From a virus (taxonomy: Duplodnaviria; Caudoviricetes): a stretch of DNA of 34,881 nt. Location: the IMG/VR virus record IMGVR_UViG_3300037461_001799, positions 1 to 34,881 of that record; one strand, written 5' to 3'. Positions 26,950 to 34,881 of this stretch are shown one piece after another (the first letter of the stretch is position 1; each line of letters starts with the position of its first letter). The position numbers and the translations under genes were made by a program. The notes beneath the pieces were generated by a model that saw only the letters and a list, made by a program, of their open reading frames with translations, searched no databases and was not told the origin of the DNA.

Positions 26950-27783
26950 TCAGGTTACATTTTCCAGATTGAATATTGACCCCCCAATACGCCCGCCGTT
27001 CGCTACGCGACGCGAAGCTAGGTATCTTGTTCCGTCAAGGCATACAGAACAAAATTCACATCTATGACAGTCGCCAGAAGGCGTTGGGCTGAATTTTCCT
27101 TCAAGGATGGATGTTGCTATTGAAAAAGTCCGATTCAAAGTATCCCGTAGAGCCTGTTCATCATACATGATCCATTGTATCGGATCATCCGGAAAGCGAT
27201 AATGCAGAAAGCCAAGCCGTGTTGGGGTAACATGGTATTTAAAATAATGAAGAAGAGCATACCAAATGAGTTGTTCAGAATCTAGAAACTTCTCGCGATG
27301 AACGCTTCCTTTCCCGTCTATTATCCAAACAGGTTTTGGGCCGTGTATGAAATCAGCCCTCCCACCCATTCGAATAGACATCCCATCTTTCAAATAGTCA
27401 ATAGTTAGGTCCACCTCGGACCTACTAGATTTAGTTAGAAGTTTATGACCCCTTATCGATTTTACGGCTAAGGGGACAAATTTTCTTATATCCCGGCGTA
27501 AGTCCCTGATAAAATCGGGGTGACTGGATCGATTAAATTGCTTCTCGTCAAGGACGATATCTATCGCTAAATCAGATGATTCCAAGCATTTTCGTTCTGG
27601 ATTTTGTGAAGTCCAGAATTTCTTATTATAAAACCATTCAAAGATCTTACCCATTACGAGCCCAAATATGGCTTTGCGTGGATCATCAGTAACTTTATGT
27701 TTCCTTATATATTTAAACCAGTATTTTTGTGGGCAGGTTATATATGTTTTACGCCCTGTGTAACTAAGGTATAAATCAGGCAT
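26950..27783 (-). CDS. PD-(D/E)XK exonuclease, Cas4/AddB/RecB-like with probable Fe-S staple
   Basis: LSYT...CPQKY, GRADFI, IIDGKG, QLIWYAL, CHRCEFCSVC. Confidence 0.85.
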   Translation of the reverse strand: MPDLYLSYTGRKTYITCPQKYWFKYIRKHKVTDDPRKAIFGLVMGKIFEWFYNKKFWTSQNPERKCLESSDLAIDIVLDEKQFNRSSHPDFIRDLRRDIRKFVPLAVKSIRGHKLLTKSSRSEVDLTIDYLKDGMSIRMGGRADFIHGPKPVWIIDGKGSVHREKFLDSEQLIWYALLHYFKYHVTPTRLGFLHYRFPDDPIQWIMYDEQALRDTLNRTFSIATSILEGKFSPTPSGDCHRCEFCSVCLDGTRYLASRRVANGGRIGGSIFNLENVT

Positions 27784-28781
27784 TATAGCTCCTCTTGCCC
27801 GGCCTCTGCAGCTTCGAAGATTTCTCTAACAGTCATTTTTTCATCGTTAGAGAAATCTTCGGATTCTAAAAATTGATTCAACCGGCGTCTAACATCAGAT
27901 TTCCCAATCATCGCTGCATTTGACCGAAGCTTATCAAGAAACACAGTCATAGATTGTTGACTGGTCTCAATCACTTGCTTTCTGTCTAAATCAAAGATAA
28001 CGTTCGCTTCTTCATGCGGAACAACCTCTTCTTCAACGGAAACTCCGGAACTGTTAAATTTCATCAGAGCTATTTTTGGCTTACGGTCCAGGTTTTCAAC
28101 AGTCAAAGCCCCACGAGCTATAGCCCCGAGATTCACAAACTTTATCCCCATGTGTTCCTGAACAGATTGGTCTTTATGATAATGACCAAATACGTATACA
28201 TCCGGACACCCAGGGAACACGAGGTCTCTGTAATCCATTATTTCTTCATTAAAGAATGACTGCGTTCTTTGGGAGGGAGACATTTCAGCTAAGGCATGAA
28301 CGACTGCAACGGTATATGTGTGTCCTTTGCTGGTTACTGCCTTAATTAGTTTCTCAGTATTCATGTCAGGGTCATACTCAATGCCTACAACTCTGACGCT
28401 CATTGTTCCAGATTCAAAAATCTCTTCGGTTAAATGTGTGAAAGTCTTGGACTCAAAGAGAACACCGAGAGGCTGTCTGATTAAAGTTGTTGGATCCCCA
28501 TATACCATGTCATGGTTACCAGCCACAGCATATGTCGGACATGGATATGCTCTATGGATAGCCATAACATTAATAATGGTAGCCATTGATGTCCGGTCGG
28601 CTTTTTTCACATGAAAAAAGTCCCCTCCACGTAAAACAGCATCAGCCCTAAATTTTTGGGCTATTTCCCCCTGCCAACGAAGCTTTGAAAGGATAGATGC
28701 CCGATAGTCATCCTTTCGGAATGCTGGCGTTTGATCAGATAGATGTTCATCAGAAGATGTTAAAAAACGGATTTCCGACAT
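27783..28781 (-). CDS. sbcD: SbcD/Mre11-like metallophosphoesterase nuclease
   Basis: SDEHL, GGDFFH, AGNHD, VVHA, FGHYH motifs. Confidence 0.88.
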   Translation of the reverse strand: MSEIRFLTSSDEHLSDQTPAFRKDDYRASILSKLRWQGEIAQKFRADAVLRGGDFFHVKKADRTSMATIINVMAIHRAYPCPTYAVAGNHDMVYGDPTTLIRQPLGVLFESKTFTHLTEEIFESGTMSVRVVGIEYDPDMNTEKLIKAVTSKGHTYTVAVVHALAEMSPSQRTQSFFNEEIMDYRDLVFPGCPDVYVFGHYHKDQSVQEHMGIKFVNLGAIARGALTVENLDRKPKIALMKFNSSGVSVEEEVVPHEEANVIFDLDRKQVIETSQQSMTVFLDKLRSNAAMIGKSDVRRRLNQFLESEDFSNDEKMTVREIFEAAEAGQEEL

Positions 28782-28798
28782 TGCCTAGCATATTACAT

Positions 28799-31018
28799 TC
28801 ATGATAATATCAAACCAGACAGATTTGAGTTCCTGATTGTTTCACGGTCATTTTCAACTGCAAATTTAAATGCTACCGGATCCCCAAAAATGAATACCTT
28901 CTTTTTCGCCCTAGTTATAGCTGTATAAATTAGGTTTCTGTACAGCATAACACCATATTCCGTAGTCATTGGCATGACTACATAGTCAAATTCTTGTCCT
29001 TGACATTTATGAACAGTGCAAGCATACGCAACCTTCATCATAGTTCGCGCTTCTTCGACCTTAAAGGTAAAAATCTTGTCGACATAACGCGGAACTCGAG
29101 ATTCAGCATCAAACCAATTAAAGATCCGAACTTCTACTTCATCCTGTTTAATTGATATGCGTTGTACTTTCCCAACATCTCCGTTGAATATCATTCGATC
29201 ATAATTATTCTTAGTGATCATGATCCGATCACCTTCGTATATATCGACCTCTCCGTGCTTGATTTTTCTTGTGTTTTCCGCAATAAAATCGTTGTTCAAA
29301 GTCTTCCGAAGTTGTTTGTTCAACTCATTCACACCAAGACTTCCGTTATACATTGGGGCAATAACTTGGAAAGTTAGCGCATCAGCTGGATGAGCATCTG
29401 CTCTTGACTTCATTAAAGAAGTCAATTTTATAACTTCTTGCATAACAGACCCAGAAGAGACAGGAAGAAATATAAATTCTGATTTTTTTCGAAACGATGT
29501 GTCCACATCGTCACCACGCAGCACGGCGTGAGCCATTTCTACTATATCAGAACACCCTTCTTGTCTATAAATACGTGTCAACGATACACGTGGAACGTGT
29601 TCGCAACGCATAAGTTCATGAAGCACATATCCGGCTCCGACTGATGGAAGTTGAGCAGTGTCACCAACCAATACAACAACAGTCGTCGGAGGGAGCGCGG
29701 TTATTAAATGATAAAATGTAGATGCATCAACCATACTCATTTCATCAACGATAACGGCGTCGACAACGTATTTATTAGCAGCGTTAAACTCCCAGTTTCC
29801 GTCTTGATCACATCCGAGCGCTCTATGGATGGTATACGCAGGTTTTCCTGTCACTTGAGACAATCGCTTTGATGCAATTCCTGTTGGGGATAAAAGAATA
29901 TAGTCAAGGTTCATATGTTCGAAAATGTGCACAAATGCTGACACAAGAGTTGTTTTTCCGGTACCAGGATATCCAGAAATAACACACATACGTGAATTTC
30001 TAAGTAAGCTAAGTGCAATACGTTGCTCATCGGATAGCGTCAATTTCTTTGAAGCCTCAAATTCAGAGATAAGCGAATTAATATCTATGTCAGTTCCTCC
30101 TTCGTTCAACATAGCAGAAATCTGTTTGGCTGATTCTGACTCATGCAACCAATGATGCGGGAGGTACAAATTCGAATCATTAGCGATTACGTCTTTATCG
30201 GCTTTCATATTTGAAAGCTCTATATAAAATAATGGCTCAGATATGTATTCACTATGAGAAAAAGGTTCAATGTTATTTCTTTTAAAAACTTTCTTGGCAT
30301 GTTCAAAGATTTGACTGGAAGTTACATAAACATGTCCTTCCGATTTAGCGAGGTCTTCCATGAGAAAGAGTATTATAGCCCTCAATCGCCTCTTATCGTC
30401 TGCTTTAACCCCAAGCTTTCTGGCTACCTGGTCTGCTGTAACAAATCCTATCCCCGGACATGTGCTTAAACTATAAGGGTTTTTTTCAATAATTTTGCGA
30501 ACATCTATGCCAAAAACAGTCAAAATCGACTTCACCTGAGAATTGCTTAAGCCAAGATCTGTTAGAAAGATGGTGGTAGTCCTTGCCGCAGAGGCGGTAT
30601 TCCACTCTAATAATAGTGAAGTTATCTGTGTTCTAGTTAGGAACGGAATTTCCTTAATTCTATCCGGCTCCTCATCTAGGACACGCAGTAAATCATCTCC
30701 GAATGTATCATATAACCTAGATGCGGTTACTGGCCCAACCGATTTAACATGATTAGTTAAATAAGTTATGACTCCAGTTTTTCCTTGCTCAGGAACGACC
30801 TCACACATGACAGCATGAAATTGCCTCCCATATGTAGGGTTATCCTCATACTTTCCCTTACATTTTAGTTTAAGTCCTGTACTGATGTTTAAGCCAAGAA
30901 CACTTCCTCGAACGGTGACCTGTTTATGCGATCCATCCTGGATTGCTTTCAATACGAAGAATCCAGTCTGCCTATTCACAAATACGATGTTAACAATTTT
31001 GCAAATCAGCTCTTCCAT
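28799..31018 (-). CDS. recD2: RecD2-like SF1B helicase
   Basis: N-terminal OB/HhH regions (GIGFVTADQVA), GYPGTGKTT, VDEMSMVD, GDTAQLPSVGAG, AYACTVHKCQGQEF, YTAITRAK. Confidence 0.93.
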   Translation of the reverse strand: MEELICKIVNIVFVNRQTGFFVLKAIQDGSHKQVTVRGSVLGLNISTGLKLKCKGKYEDNPTYGRQFHAVMCEVVPEQGKTGVITYLTNHVKSVGPVTASRLYDTFGDDLLRVLDEEPDRIKEIPFLTRTQITSLLLEWNTASAARTTTIFLTDLGLSNSQVKSILTVFGIDVRKIIEKNPYSLSTCPGIGFVTADQVARKLGVKADDKRRLRAIILFLMEDLAKSEGHVYVTSSQIFEHAKKVFKRNNIEPFSHSEYISEPLFYIELSNMKADKDVIANDSNLYLPHHWLHESESAKQISAMLNEGGTDIDINSLISEFEASKKLTLSDEQRIALSLLRNSRMCVISGYPGTGKTTLVSAFVHIFEHMNLDYILLSPTGIASKRLSQVTGKPAYTIHRALGCDQDGNWEFNAANKYVVDAVIVDEMSMVDASTFYHLITALPPTTVVVLVGDTAQLPSVGAGYVLHELMRCEHVPRVSLTRIYRQEGCSDIVEMAHAVLRGDDVDTSFRKKSEFIFLPVSSGSVMQEVIKLTSLMKSRADAHPADALTFQVIAPMYNGSLGVNELNKQLRKTLNNDFIAENTRKIKHGEVDIYEGDRIMITKNNYDRMIFNGDVGKVQRISIKQDEVEVRIFNWFDAESRVPRYVDKIFTFKVEEARTMMKVAYACTVHKCQGQEFDYVVMPMTTEYGVMLYRNLIYTAITRAKKKVFIFGDPVAFKFAVENDRETIRNSNLSGLILS

Positions 31019-31027
31019 AGTATGTCT

Positions 31028-31843
31028 TTAAAAGAATTTTTTATAAGTCGTGATCCCATCCAAAATTCTTTTTAAATCCGAACCGCTTATGGATGGGATT
31101 CCGTAAGCAGCCGCTCGTTTACTTTTAGAACTTGAGCTGTTTGCGTCGTCACAAACCAAGAAGGATGTATCCTTTGATACACTGTTAACGGCTTGTCCCC
31201 CAGCAGTTACAATCATTTTCTGCACGGCCTTCCTCGGAGCCCATATATCACCGGTTATACACACTTTTTTGCCACTCAAGGGGCCCAAACGGGTAGACTT
31301 GATATCAAGCACTGAGGCCAGATCGATTAAAACATCTTTTTTTGACGATAAACCAAGGTACACTTGTTTGGCAGTTATCTCTCCCACATTCTGAACAGAC
31401 ACAAGTTGACTTATTGTAAGAGATAAGACTTTATCTATAGTGTCATGGCCAGCTTTTACAATGTCTGTGGCAGTGGTAAGCCCCAAATTTGGGATGTTCA
31501 TTCCAGCGAGAACAACTTCAAGAGGAACTGACATGTTATCGTGAAGTGCTTTCCAACACTTCACAGCCATTTTATGGCCAGAACAATGATTCGCCAGGTC
31601 ATCTATAGACATCTTATATAAGTCAGCTACGGACTTGACTGAATTTGGTTTATCTGAATCGGTAATGGAATCAATGAGCGCATCGCCCCAATGGAGTAAA
31701 CCAAGACGGTCAACCCATGTTTTTACTGCCCCAAACAGTCGAGTCGGGCAGGACTTGGACCGACAGTATAAAAAATCACCATCTATGAGAAGAGAACTAG
31801 AACAAACGGGGCAAGCAGACGGAACACCGAAGTATTCTTTCAT
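31028..31843 (-). CDS. ligA: NAD+-dependent DNA ligase, C-terminal half (Zn finger, HhH, BRCT)
   Basis: CPVC...C...C Zn finger, SVADLY, IPNLG and VQNVG HhH motifs, BRCT LSGKKVCITG...GGQAVNSVSKDTSFLV...SKSKRAAAYGI. Confidence 0.9.
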   Translation of the reverse strand: MKEYFGVPSACPVCSSSLLIDGDFLYCRSKSCPTRLFGAVKTWVDRLGLLHWGDALIDSITDSDKPNSVKSVADLYKMSIDDLANHCSGHKMAVKCWKALHDNMSVPLEVVLAGMNIPNLGLTTATDIVKAGHDTIDKVLSLTISQLVSVQNVGEITAKQVYLGLSSKKDVLIDLASVLDIKSTRLGPLSGKKVCITGDIWAPRKAVQKMIVTAGGQAVNSVSKDTSFLVCDDANSSSSKSKRAAAYGIPSISGSDLKRILDGITTYKKFF

Positions 31844-31848
31844 GACGA

Positions 31849-31855
31849 AAATTAC
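31849..31855 (-). promoter_or_regulatory. Putative -10 box (G-TAATTT) 5 nt before the ATG of the ligase C-half; leaderless type
   Basis: Member of a recurring G-TAnnnT-N4..8-ATG motif; no SD present. Confidence 0.5.
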
Positions 31856-31867
31856 ACTGTGTCATGA

Positions 31868-32464
31868 TCATTTCTTTCCTTCTGCTTTCTCGTCGCCTTT
31901 GCTTTTACTCTTTTCCGATTTTTTATCCTTTTCGACTTCACCCTCTTCTGGCGTCTCAAACTCTTCCGGCTCCGGTCCCTCACCCTCTTCTGGCGTCTCA
32001 AACTCTTCCGGCTCCGGTCCCTCACCCTCTTCTGGCGTCTCAAACTCTTCCGGCTCCGGTCCCTCACCCTCTTCTGGCGTCTCAAACTCTTCCGGCTCCG
32101 GTCCCTCACCTTGCTCACCTGCCGAGAAATCAAAGTCCTCAGCGGTCGGTTCTAACCCGGGTGAAAGTTCAGTTCCCTCATTACCAAATTGCTCCTTCTT
32201 ATCCATAGAAAATTCACCGCTGGTGAAAGATTTAGAAAATCTAGATAATGCTTGACCAACATCTCTAACTTTCGTAGAGATACTGTCAAGCTTTACCAAC
32301 TCCGATCCGGCAAAGTCCCCTCGAAGTCTTGCCAGCTTGGCAAACAAGACGTAACTGTCCTTCAAGACATCAGCAACGTATGAGTTGACGCGCTGCCATT
32401 CAGCATCTTCATCAACGGCCGCCACACGTACATCGGTTTCAAAGTCATAATTGGAACGAGCCAT
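31868..32464 (-). CDS. Hypothetical protein with acidic tandem repeat and basic tail
   Basis: 198 aa; AGGAG SD; (EGPEPEEFETPEEG)x4. Confidence 0.8.
   Translation of the reverse strand: MARSNYDFETDVRVAAVDEDAEWQRVNSYVADVLKDSYVLFAKLARLRGDFAGSELVKLDSISTKVRDVGQALSRFSKSFTSGEFSMDKKEQFGNEGTELSPGLEPTAEDFDFSAGEQGEGPEPEEFETPEEGEGPEPEEFETPEEGEGPEPEEFETPEEGEGPEPEEFETPEEGEVEKDKKSEKSKSKGDEKAEGKK
31938..32110. repeat. Perfect 42-bp tandem repeat, 4 copies plus 5 bp
   Basis: Unit tcaccctcttctggcgtctcaaactcttccggctccggtccc starts at 31938, 31980, 32022 and 32064. Confidence 0.95.
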
Positions 32465-32515
32465 ATGAAGTCTCCTGTTATGAAAATTAAGACAAAGAGC
32501 CTAAATCGTTCAAGC

Positions 32516-32522
32516 GTAAAAT
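32516..32522 (+). promoter_or_regulatory. Putative -10 box (G-TAAAAT) 6 nt before the ATG of the ligase N-half; leaderless type
   Basis: Same recurring motif; no SD present. Confidence 0.5.
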
Positions 32523-32528
32523 TCAAAC

Positions 32529-33644
32529 ATGAATGAAGAGGCAAAATTGTTGGCTGAGGAATTATCCACGTATCGGGAAGCTTATTATAACTTGGAGCCA
32601 ATAGTTCCTGATGATGTTTATGATAAAAAACGGGATAGGTTAAAACAACTGTGCCCGGAACATTTTGAAGTCAAGGCCGTCGGCGCACATCCATCAGTTT
32701 TATCAATTTGGGAAAAAGTCCAGCATGAAATCCCCATGGGATCTTTAGATAAAGTTAAATCCCATGAAGAATTTGACAAATGGGTTGCTAAAATTGGTAT
32801 GACAGATCAAAGTGATTTTGCTATAACCCATAAAATTGACGGTGCTTCACTTGAACTCATATATCAAAAAGGGGAACTTGTCAGAGGGGTAACCAGGGGA
32901 GACGGGTACATCGGCGAAGATATTACATGCAATATCAAAAATATTGCATCAATTCCACAAAAACTGTCGATTGACAATAAACTTCAGCCAATCAATGCGA
33001 CAGTCAGAGGCGAAATTGTTATGCTGAAGGAAATATTCGACCAAAAATATGCAGACAAATACGCAAATCCACGCAATACAGCTTCATCAAAGATGCGGGA
33101 GAAGAAAAACAAAGGGTCTGCCTGCAAAGATATGGAATTTCTTGCCTATTGGATCAAGTCTAATGATAAAATAGATTCAATGGAACTAATGTTTACCTAC
33201 TTAAAACAAATTGGGTTTCAAACGCCCCCGATTTGTCAAGGGCCGGTTAAAATAATTAAAGAGAATTTCATTCATACTGCAATAAATAGAGCATCCCTAC
33301 CGTATGAAATTGACGGGGTGGTAATATCAGTTGCCAGTATACCATTACTCGAAGAATTGGGTGATGTTTCAATGAGACCGAGGGGTCAAATAGCTTGGAA
33401 GTTTGAATCAGAAAAAGCAGAGTCTAGGATACTTGACGTTGTATGGCAAGTTGGATTAACGGGCCGCGTTTGTCCAGTGGCAAAAATTGAACCAACAAAG
33501 ATTGGGGGAGTCACAATTGAAAGTGTATCTTTACATAATTTAAAGATGTTTAAAGAACTGAAATTATTTCGCGGATGTCGTGTGTTAATTGAACGCAGAA
33601 ATGACTGTATTCCATATCTTGCTGAAAATCTAGACAGTGAATAG
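32529..33644 (+). CDS. ligA: NAD+-dependent DNA ligase, N-terminal half (Ia, adenylation, OB domains)
   Basis: AYYNLEPIVPDDVYD, HEIPMGSLDK, HKIDG (KxDG), TRGDG, RGE, NPRN, EIDGVVI, AWKF, QVGLTG, SLHN; ends after RRNDCIP. Confidence 0.93.
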   Translation: MNEEAKLLAEELSTYREAYYNLEPIVPDDVYDKKRDRLKQLCPEHFEVKAVGAHPSVLSIWEKVQHEIPMGSLDKVKSHEEFDKWVAKIGMTDQSDFAITHKIDGASLELIYQKGELVRGVTRGDGYIGEDITCNIKNIASIPQKLSIDNKLQPINATVRGEIVMLKEIFDQKYADKYANPRNTASSKMREKKNKGSACKDMEFLAYWIKSNDKIDSMELMFTYLKQIGFQTPPICQGPVKIIKENFIHTAINRASLPYEIDGVVISVASIPLLEELGDVSMRPRGQIAWKFESEKAESRILDVVWQVGLTGRVCPVAKIEPTKIGGVTIESVSLHNLKMFKELKLFRGCRVLIERRNDCIPYLAENLDSE

Positions 33645-33893
33645 CTACTCAGATTTCCCAAACGCCGCTTGAGCAGCAGCGTACATATTTTCCATATTTT
33701 CTAGAGCCTCGAACGAGATCATAGTCATACGAACTTTTTTCCCAACAAGACTTCTTAAAGCCTCTTGTGGATTAAATATTTCTTCATCTTCGTCAACAAG
33801 CTCATATACACCAGTCTGGTTCAAACGAACCATTCCGTCAACGACAACCCCGGCATCGTATCCATAGGCAAATCTATCTCGGTCATTATCCAT
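33645..33893 (-). CDS. Hypothetical protein
   Basis: 82 aa; overlaps the end of the glycosyltransferase gene and abuts the ligase stop. Confidence 0.65.
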   Translation of the reverse strand: MDNDRDRFAYGYDAGVVVDGMVRLNQTGVYELVDEDEEIFNPQEALRSLVGKKVRMTMISFEALENMENMYAAAQAAFGKSE

Positions 33894-34881
33894 TGGTTAA
33901 TCCTTTCTGTGTTTTCCCCGTCCATTGACAGCATTTTTCAACTGCCAGGATATCTGTCGTTGGAGGAAGTGACCTCCATGCAGAGTCAAAGACTGCAGCC
34001 ACCTCCTCCCATCCATTATTTCTAAGATATCGAGCAAGATGGGCAAGTGACTCAGGTCTATGTGGACGAAATTTATGAGCTGTTAAGTAAGCAAATGTAA
34101 CAATAGATATCGGATGACCAAGCCTCTCGTGAAGTTTAGCCGCCTCAAGTGAGGCAGACCACCTCTCTTGATCCCATCCTCCCATGCCCATGCGTTTCAG
34201 GTATAGATCAAGAGCTCTAGCTAAGTTATTCGCATCGCGATGACTCTGAGCGGCATAATGCACCCATCTTGGGTTTGAGGGGTCTTCCTCCATTTCCTTT
34301 TCAAGAAAGGTAGCATCGTCCCAACTTCTGCGCCCACTTCTGTGTCTAACGCTGTCTTGACGATACACCATCCAGATGTCGTCCAAAGGCCCTTCTATTC
34401 TAGCATTTCTACATTCAGGATATTCATGCGTTTTTCCTTTATAAACCCATGGTTTATCAGCTTTAAAAAGTAAAACCTGTGCTTGCTCTTCTTGAAAGAC
34501 GCCGCCAGGACGCTTAACCCTAATATAATAAGCGTCTGCAGACCTCTTCGCATCCGGCCAACTGAAACCTGAACTGATTTCAAGTGTATCATCCGCGTCT
34601 AAAAAGAAGATCCAGTCGGCATCGACTTCCTTGGAATAAATTGCTTCCCTAGCAAGTTTCAAGGCTTCTGTTCGATTGTGTCCAAAATCGACCCACGGTC
34701 TCTCAAAAAGTATGCCCGGTATCCCTCCCCAAGCCTCTCGTGCAAGGCTCTGTGATCCATCAGAGGACCCGGTGTCAATCATACACCATCCGTCTGCCAT
34801 TTTTCGCACAGAATCGACCATACGGCAAATAGTATTGGCTTCATTCTTCATCATCGTTAAAATAACGCATTTTCCTGACAT
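33886..34881 (-). CDS. Glycosyltransferase family 2 with TPR-like C-terminus
   Basis: MMKNEA, IDTGSSDGS, DFGHNRTEAL, FLDADD (DxD), THE. Start lies at the window edge. Confidence 0.85.
   Translation of the reverse strand: MSGKCVILTMMKNEANTICRMVDSVRKMADGWCMIDTGSSDGSQSLAREAWGGIPGILFERPWVDFGHNRTEALKLAREAIYSKEVDADWIFFLDADDTLEISSGFSWPDAKRSADAYYIRVKRPGGVFQEEQAQVLLFKADKPWVYKGKTHEYPECRNARIEGPLDDIWMVYRQDSVRHRSGRRSWDDATFLEKEMEEDPSNPRWVHYAAQSHRDANNLARALDLYLKRMGMGGWDQERWSASLEAAKLHERLGHPISIVTFAYLTAHKFRPHRPESLAHLARYLRNNGWEEVAAVFDSAWRSLPPTTDILAVEKCCQWTGKTQKGLTNG

Noticed and set aside
26950-27783. Cas4 as part of a CRISPR-Cas system
   Set aside because: Context is sbcD/recD2/clamp; stand-alone Cas4-like exonucleases are common in phages.
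31938-32110. Possible CRISPR array, given the Cas4-like gene about 4 kb away
   Set aside because: Units are head-to-tail with no spacers, 42 bp is a multiple of 3 within an ORF, and no other cas genes are present.
31635-32255. Alternative-frame repeat ORFs (31635..32255 +, 31852..32133 -, 31864..32208 +)
   Set aside because: They are open mainly because the 42-bp repeat lacks stops in those frames; the 31868..32464 frame has an SD and a non-repeat domain.

Overview
A gene-dense, almost entirely minus-strand fragment of a large tailed-phage (jumbo-phage-like) genome. The left third is a head/packaging block: portal, terminase large subunit, several acidic or Cys-rich hypothetical proteins and a BACON/Ig-like protein. 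The rest is a bacterial-type replication, recombination and transcription block: UNG, a tandem sigma-4 protein, 5'-3' exonuclease, NusG paralog, DnaX, DnaG-like primase, SbcC C-half, beta-clamp, Cas4/AddB-like nuclease, SbcD, RecD2, NAD+ ligase and a GT2-TPR glycosyltransferase. Main observations: (1) the NAD+-dependent DNA ligase is split into two divergently oriented genes, and one 1.8-kb inversion across a 6-bp inverted repeat would re-fuse them in frame; (2) two paralogous genes fuse a Vsr/DUF559-like endonuclease to a Mom-like DNA-modifying GNAT domain; (3) the last 36 bp of one of these genes is duplicated, att-like, around a 1060-bp two-gene cassette; (4) two upstream motif classes separate apparently leaderless replication genes from putative late genes. 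All family calls come from motif recognition by eye; no searches were run. No tRNA, rRNA or CRISPR array was seen.
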